Shown here: piece by piece, positions 55,064-64,000 of the stretch
Layout of the letters: every line of letters begins with the position of its first letter
How positions within the stretch are numbered: position 1 is the first letter of the stretch
Assembly: GCF_009914755.1 (NCBI RefSeq)
Contig: NC_060940.1
DNA: 64,000 nt
From: the human T2T-CHM13v2.0 reference genome, Homo sapiens
Strand: one strand, 5' to 3'
The notes under the pieces: model-generated
What the model was told of the DNA's origin: nothing
Seen by the model: only the letters and a program-made list of their open reading frames with translations
Database searches by the model: none
Program-made: the position numbers and the translations under genes

Positions 55064-55810
55064 TTTTTTAATTTTTTTTATTATATTTTAAGTTCTAGGG
55101 TACATGTGCGCAATGTGCAGGTTTGTTACATATGTATACATGTGCCATGTTAGTGTGCTGCACCCATTAACTCATCATTTACATTAGGTATATCTCCTAA
55201 TGCTATCCCTCCCCCCTCCCCCCACCCCACAACAGGCCCAGGTGTGTGATGTTCCCCTTCCTGTGTCCAGGTGTTCTCATTGTTCAATCCCCACCTATGA
55301 GTGAGAACATGCGGTGTTTGGCTTTTTGTCCTTGTGATAGTTTGCTGAAAATGATGGTTTCCATCTTCATCCATGTCCCTGCAAAGGACATGAACTTATC
55401 CTTTTTTATGGCTGCGTAGTATTCCATGGTGTATATGTGCCACATTTTCTTAGTCCAGTCAATCACTGATGGATATTTGTGTTGGTTCCAAGTCTTTGCT
55501 ATTGTGAATAGTGCCGCAATAAACATACGTGTGCATGTATCTTTATAGCCGCATGATTTATAATCCTTTGGGTATATACCCAGTCATGGGATGGCTGGGT
55601 CAAATGGTATTTCTAGTTCTAGATCCTTGAGGAATCGCCACACTGTCTTCCACAATGGTTGAACTAGTTTACAGTCCCACCAACAGTGTAAAAGTGTTCC
55701 TATTTCTCCACATCCTCTCCAGCACCTGTTGTTTCCTGACTTTTTAATGATCGCCATTCTAACGGGTGTGAGATGGTATCTCATTGTGGTTTTGATTTGC
55801 ATTTCTCTGA
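55064..55810 (-). mobile_element. L1PA (about PA5/6) 3' fragment, ~750 bp
   Basis: 3'UTR plus ORF2p C-terminus (track ORFs [17 protein letters not shown]..., [13 protein letters not shown]...). Confidence 0.93.
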
Positions 55811-56064
55811 AAGAGAATGTTCACAACTTCCACTGTACTCACAAAGAACTTTGTACCCTGGGTTGCACTTCACTGTATAATTTAACTTTGGGTTTGTCTG
55901 TCCATTGGTCCCACTTAGTATCTTGTGATTACATTGTGTTCTCATCATGCCTTATCTCTGTGTATCTAAAATCTTCACATAAAAATAGGTGGTTAGCAAA
56001 AAAAAAATGCTTTTAAAGGAATGGATGCATTGTTAAGTACAGGCTCTCAGAAATGTATCCCAAG

Positions 56065-56660
56065 ATTTTTTTAAAATTACATTTGGAAACAATTATAGAG
56101 TCACTGAAAATTGCAAAGATAGTACAGAAAGTTCCCCTTTGACCTTCATTCAGCTTTCCCTAATGGAAACATTTAAATAACTATTGGACATCTTCAAAAC
56201 AAGGAAATTGATATTGGCACAATACAATTAACTAGAATCTACTTGGATTTCATCAGGTTTTGCATGCACTGTTTTTTTTTGTGTGTTAATTTTTGTAATT
56301 TTGTGTATAGTTATGTGAGATTTTCTCACCTGCATAGGTTTATACAAGTCAGATACTGAAATGTTCTGCCACTCAATGGACCTACTTTTATAGCCACACC
56401 CTCTTCCTCTGCACTAACCACAGGCAACCATTGAGCTGTCCTCCCATTGCTATAGTTTTGTTGTTTAGAAAATGTATAAATGGAATCATCTAGCACTTAA
56501 CTTTCAAAGATTGACATTTTTCACTTAGTGTGATGTCCTTGAAATCCATCCAAGTTGTCCCATTACCTGCAGTTTCTTTCTTTTTAGCACTGGGTAGCAT
56601 TCTATTATGTGATTGTACCACAGTGTGTTTAGCCAGACTCCTCAGATATTTAATATAATT
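56065..56660 (-). mobile_element. L1MB/MC-type 3' end
   Basis: ttgcaaagatagtacagaaagttcccc...caggcaaccatt...ataaatggaatcat...ttttcacttag. Confidence 0.75.
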
Positions 56661-58065
56661 TTCAATTTTTTTCATCATTACCATCTCATGCTTACACTTC
56701 TCATAGGTAATAGTTTAAAAATTCTTTTCCCAAGATCTTTCTTGTGAATGTTTCTCGTTAAATTCTCTATAAATCATGTCCCTTATTGATGTGCCAGAGA
56801 GGAATATTTCGACATCTAACTTGGCCCTCCAGCATTCTTCAACTTGGAACCAAGTTGAAGGATACAACTTCCCCAGTAGTAAGAACAACATGGTTATAGG
56901 ATCTTGGCAAAAATTTGGAACGTACAGGTTACAGTAAGTAATTTTGGTAAATGTTCCTAATTCACTCTGTTCCTTTGCACACATTAACATTTTACTCCAG
57001 GGTTCTTTAGCAACGCACTTTTAAGTGCTATCAGAGATAATTTATTTGTTCTAAACCATGCATAACTCAGTGAATCTGAGAGCTTGATCTTTGAGGGGGA
57101 ACTGTTTTTAAAGGAAGATCATTTTATATTTGATACAGCTCTGGCAAGAACTGAATTTAACAAATCGATATACACTTATGGTTTCACCAAAGGCTTCGGG
57201 TGGTTAAGGAGGTGGTGGTGTGACTTGGAAAGGCATAGACAGCTTTTTATGACTCTAAGTAGTGGAGTTGACATTTTTTTTCAGTACAACGATTCAAACA
57301 CACAAAAGGAATCCCCATGATGCTGAGTAAAAAATACTTTGTGTTTTCTTTTTCTGCTTTTTTTCAACTTAACCCTGAGATCATGAAAAAGAGTGGAAAG
57401 AAAAGAATAATAATGAGAATCTGACTTAGTAAAAGCAAAGTTCTTTCTCTGTTAGTATCACAAAAACAGAGAAGTCCCCAGGCCTTTCATGTGTATTCTG
57501 GAAGGAACGCCCGCTTCCAAAAATGGTAAGTTTAACCTTCTCTAAGTTACATTTTCCTGAATAATCAAGGCTCAGTCTTGTTCTTTTGTTACTGAATACA
57601 TCTCTCATAAAACTCAGACGCCTTTTTGGGTTGACCCTGGAGCTGAGGGTGGAGGCAGCAAGGAGGTGGGTTAGGAGGAAGCCCATGTATTTCATGTTTC
57701 TTCTAATCAGTTTCTTTCAGGTGCTTCTTCAGGGACTGCCTGATCCCTTCACAATGCTCCTGCTCCTGATCAAGGAAAAGACATATGATTTTGCAGTCTC
57801 CTTTAGCTCTCCTTCATGGAAATGATTCTCTTGATACTGAAACTAAAACATATTCTAGGCATGGCTGAAAAGTAAGCATCCCGGGCCTCTTTTCAATTTC
57901 TCCAAGCCCCAGCCGCGATTGGAAATTGTTAAGCAGTCTTTCTCATAGTTTCTTTCTGTTTTTACTATTTTGGTTTGCTTTATATGAATCATTTTTCACT
58001 GCAGCAAGAAAAGTGAGGGAGTGAAAGGTAACAGAGTGCTGGGGAATAGAATAATATTTGCTCTC

Positions 58066-58085
58066 TGCTGAGTCATCTGACTCAG
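58066..58085. promoter_or_regulatory. ARE/NF-E2 motif TGCTGAGTCAT overlapping a palindromic double AP-1 site
   Basis: tgctgagtcatctgactcag; motif match only, activity unknown. Confidence 0.5.
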
Positions 58086-58824
58086 ATCATTAGTAGGGCC
58101 CTTTCAAGGCTGGATTTCTAGCTGGAAAGGGATTTTTAAAATGAGAAAAACTGAAAATAACCCCCATGCTGATGGTCAGGATTTAACTAGGAATAGAAGT
58201 TTGCCTCCAAGAATGTTAGGAGAAATTTCTGAGAGGATCTTGCCTAAAACTTGTCACTTGTGGATTCCAATTTTTAACTTTGAGTTTTATATTGAAATAA
58301 ATGTGTCATGTTCTCCTAGTATCTGTGAAATATTTTTATTCTATGATAGGATAGGTTAGAAACAAAAGCAGGGAATTTTCCAAACCTTGGTACATGTTGT
58401 GAGTGGATATTTGGTGTCATAGAGAGAATTAGGTATTGAAGACAGACAGCCCTGACTGGGTTTCCTCCATATATAGTTTATCAGCTGATGATTTCTTGAG
58501 AAGCGTGTTACCTTTTTGATCTGGAATATTGTAATGCTACCTTTCTTTCAAGGGTGCTGCAGGGATTATAATGTGGAAAACAAATCAATTTATTATTAGA
58601 AAAATAGTATTATTGTATTATTAGAAATCTAAATTAGAAAAATTTAGTTGTTGTACAGGCCTTCAAAATAGTTTACACAAGCACCCTGCATTTAACAATA
58701 GTAAATCAAAACCTAGTGATCTGAATTTATAAACATAGAAAGCTAGTATTAGAGACCGTCTGACTTTTAGGTTACTGTATGTAGAATACTTTTGACTTAT
58801 ATTCGTAACTTCTGTGTATATACT

Positions 58825-58945
58825 TGTAAATATTTATAATATTAAATATAAATATTTATAATATTTAATACTATAAATATAATATTAAATATTATAAATA
58901 TTTAAATATTTATAATACATTTACTCACTATAATACTGAGTAAAT
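58825..58945. repeat. AT-rich palindromic / inverted-repeat cluster
   Basis: Perfect 28-bp palindrome at 58890-58917; 22-bp arms at 58849-58870 and 58883-58904; 9-bp arms at 58919-58927 and 58937-58945. Confidence 0.9.
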
Positions 58946-59684
58946 AATTTCAGAGTAAATTTGGCATATATCTCATAATAGAAACATTGTAAATACAGGT
59001 AAAGGATTTGCAAGCAATGACAACTCAAATGAAAATAAAAGTGATTCGGCTAGATCCAAACCAAAGATGAAATTGAACATGAGGATACAACATGAGTTCA
59101 CTTATTTTTATCATATCCAGCCTACATCTGACTTTGTTACCCAATAAATGTTATGCTGGGACTGTTATATAACATTCCACATTCAGCTGTTGTTCCAGCA
59201 GATGACATTAAAACTCCTTCAACCACCATTAAGATAACAAGTAAGTTTCACTTCCTTAGGATTTCTGGCAATAATTGAAAACTTATTTAACATATGCCTA
59301 GAAAGACAAGCTGAAGAAGAGAACAGAAAAATGATTATTCAACTTGTTCAGAGTCTGCCTAAAATTACTCCAGAATGATTGGACTGACAATTCCCATTGG
59401 AAAGGAGGCTTGTGGCCCTTATGGTCATAAAAGGCATATGATCTGTGACCTCTACAATACAAGATGAGAAAGACAAAGCTGGGTGTACAATGTACAGATG
59501 TTGAAGGAGATAGAAATGTTGTTTCATATTTAAGGATTAAAGATACAATTTAATTTTTGAAAATACATAAATTACATGATACATAAACAACCTCCTCTAT
59601 CTCCTCTAAATCATATTACTCGAACAAACCACAGCTTTAGCCTAAGAGAAAGCTTTTCCAATAACTAAGTGAACTGATAGAGTT

Positions 59685-60060
59685 TCTTTTTATTTAAAAA
59701 AAAAACCTACTTAATAAACATGTAAGTGTAGAGTACAGTATTGTTAACTATGTGCATTGTATATAACATAACTCCAGACAGTTTTCATCTTGCATAACTG
59801 AAACTCTATAGCCAGCGAACTCCTTATTTCCCTCTCCCCGCAGCCCCCGGCAATCACCATCCTACCTTCTGCTACTAAGAGTTTGAGTACTTCAGATGCC
59901 TCAGATAATTGAAATCATACAGTGTTAAATGAATTGAAAACAAGATTTCAAAGAGATATACTTATAGTCTGAAGTTTATTCTAGCATTATTCATAAATGC
60001 TGATATATGAAATAACCCCAAAGTCCATATATGAATAAATGGATAATGAAAAGGTGATAA
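59685..60060 (-). mobile_element. L1MA/MB 3' fragment (minus) joined to an inverted upstream L1 segment (plus, about 59926-60060)
   Basis: ttcatcttgcataactgaaactctata...ggcaatcaccatcctaccttct, then gaattgaaaacaagatttcaaagagatat...gcattattcata...gaataaatggataa. Confidence 0.7.
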
Positions 60061-60290
60061 CAATCTATTTATCTCTAGATATCTATCTATATGTCACATC
60101 TATCTGTCTATCTATTTATCTATCTATCTCTACCTATCACTTATCTGTTGATAGATAGATATCTATAGATAAAGAGATATAGATTTCTCTCTCTCTATAT
60201 ATATAGGTATCTACGTATTTATATGTAGATATAGGTGGATATAGGTATCTACATCTTCATATAGAGAGATAATCTGTCTATCTATCTAAT
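60061..60290. repeat. Complex (TCTA)n/(TAGA)n simple repeat
   Basis: Direct reading; unit orientation switches several times. Confidence 0.88.
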
Positions 60291-60291
60291 A

Positions 60292-60415
60292 CAGTCATGG
60301 TCTTTTAATGATGGGATACTTTCTGATAAATGCATCCTTAAGCGATTTTGTCATGCATTGACAGAGTGTACATACACAGACCTAGACAGTACAGCCTATT
60401 ACATGTCTAGGTTAA
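60292..60415. mobile_element. Tigger3 (MER7/Golem) terminal fragment
   Basis: ta|cagtcatg...atgggatactttctgataaatgcatccttaagcgattttgtc...gagtgtacatacacagacctaga. Confidence 0.7.
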
Positions 60416-61306
60416 TTATGTAAACATTTCTTACAAAGAGTTTGAGGCCAACCTCTTATATAAAATGTAAATATTACCAGGAAAAAACATATTCTATGTT
60501 TTATTAGTTTTATATAATATAAACAAGAACTTTTGCTCTTTGGACCTCAACATTTCTTACCGGTTTGGGGGGGTAAAAAAAAAGAAGGGAAGAAAGAAAA
60601 TAATTGTAGCTCGTTATTTTCTAAAGGAAGCTTGATAGTTAAAAGTTTATGAAAGTTAACCTGATGGAGTTTAGAGATTTTCCAAGGGATTTGGAGTCTA
60701 AAGGCTTGGATCTGAGTTTTGAGTATGTCATTAAATGGCTTTGTGATCTGGTTTTGTATCCTCAGTTTTTTCATCTATAAAATTATGCTGATACAAGCTT
60801 TTCTCCAGTGTTTTTAGGTAAATCATGTGAAGCTGTATATATGAATATATGTTTTGTTTACTAAAAATATTAATGTTTTCTGATGATTCTATTAGTAGTG
60901 TTAGTCAATAGGATGTGCTACACCTAAGGACTGAAATGTTAACTTTATATATAAATATGTCAATATATACATATAACATTACTCTGTCATTTAACATGTC
61001 ATTTAACATCTGTTTACATATTCTCTGTCTAGGTCATGCAGGTACTGGATCTTTACCAGTGTCTGTAAGTGAATCTGAAATTGTTTAGAAGGATCCCAGA
61101 ATTTGAGAACTGGGTAGTAGGACCTGGAATCTGGGATCTAAAGATGCTAGGACAATTAATGAAGGCTATGCCAAAGGCAAATAATGATTCCAGATAATTA
61201 ATGAAATTAAGAAACATAAACTTCTGGGATAAAAGGCATTTCTAAATACTTACTTATGTTTTCAAATGTATTCTTTATACAAACACTCAGTTATAATGTT
61301 GATTTC

Positions 61307-63167
<1,861 letters not shown>

Positions 63168-63432
63168 TCAAGAACTAAACAAGAAGGATTCATAAGTGTT
63201 TCTCAAATACCAGTCAAGTGCTTATCCATCGCCCAGGCAACTTGCATGTATTACTTGTGTAATCCTCCTGATAACTGTATCAGATGGGTACTTTTATTTA
63301 CAAATGTGGGACTGAGTTGCAATGAATACTTAAAGTGTCCAGAGCCATGATACAGAGATAAGATCTTAGCCCAAATGTTCTACCTGTCTAATTATCTGTT
63401 ATCTAAATACACATGATATATTTTTATCTATT

Positions 63433-63850
63433 TGTATTAGTTCATTCTCTCATTACTATAAAGAAATACCTGAGACTGGGTAATTTATAAAGAAAAGAGG
63501 TTTACTTGGCTCACGGTACTGCAGGCTGTACAGGAAGCGTGATGCTGGCATCTGCTTGGTTTCTGGGGAGGTCTCCAGAAAATTACAATCATGGGGAAGG
63601 CGAAGCAGGAGCAGGCACATCACACGGCCGGAGGAGAAGCAAGAGATCAAGAGTGAGGTGCTACACACTTTTAAATGACCAAATCTCATGAGAACTCACT
63701 ATTGTGATAACAGTACCAAGGGGGATGGTGCTAAACTATTCATGAGCAATCTGCCCTCATGATGAGTCACCTCCCACCAGGCCCCATCTCCAACATTGGG
63801 GGTTACATTTCAGTAGGAGATGTGGGTTGGGACAGTTCCAAACCATATCA
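63433..63850 (-). mobile_element. MSTA MaLR solo LTR
   Basis: tgtattagtt...ctgcaggctgtacaggaagc...gggatggtgctaaac...aaaccatatca; TSD ctatt/ctatc. Confidence 0.92.
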
Positions 63851-64000
63851 CTATCAATGTTTCTTTGTGTGCATGTATTATATCTATCTATCTCTCTGCC
63901 TAAGTCTCTATTTCTATACCTAGATAGTACCTTGAGAAAGTAAGTCTATATCTTATTTTCATATTGGCATATCTTGCTCAAGTAATAGAAAGGGCCAACC

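Overview
AT-rich, repeat-dense, non-coding DNA from a hominoid primate, most likely human. AluY, L1PA2/3- and L1PA3/4-type L1s, LTR12C and THE1 are all present, so it is intergenic or deep intronic. I find no host protein-coding exon, RNA gene or prokaryote-style system. The ORF track is explained by Alu, L1, LTR and simple-repeat sequence; the only recognisable protein is broken L1 ORF2p. The most interesting observations are: (i) an intact, CpG-rich LTR12C (ERV9) promoter nested in a MER52 solo LTR whose own CCAAT/TATA has decayed, with a copy-specific splice donor that could start a chimeric transcript; (ii) an L1PA insertion with a perfect 16-bp TSD and a 17-nt 3' transduction; (iii) two neighbouring L1PA copies sharing rare non-consensus substitutions; (iv) a pure (GAA)25 tract in an Alu tail; (v) a cluster of perfect AT-rich palindromes; (vi) a unique region at about 57.3-58.4 kb with an ARE/double AP-1 palindrome and a plausible spliced exon; (vii) several templated-insertion or template-switch scars. 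Subfamily calls come from remembered consensus sequences and need RepeatMasker/Dfam confirmation.
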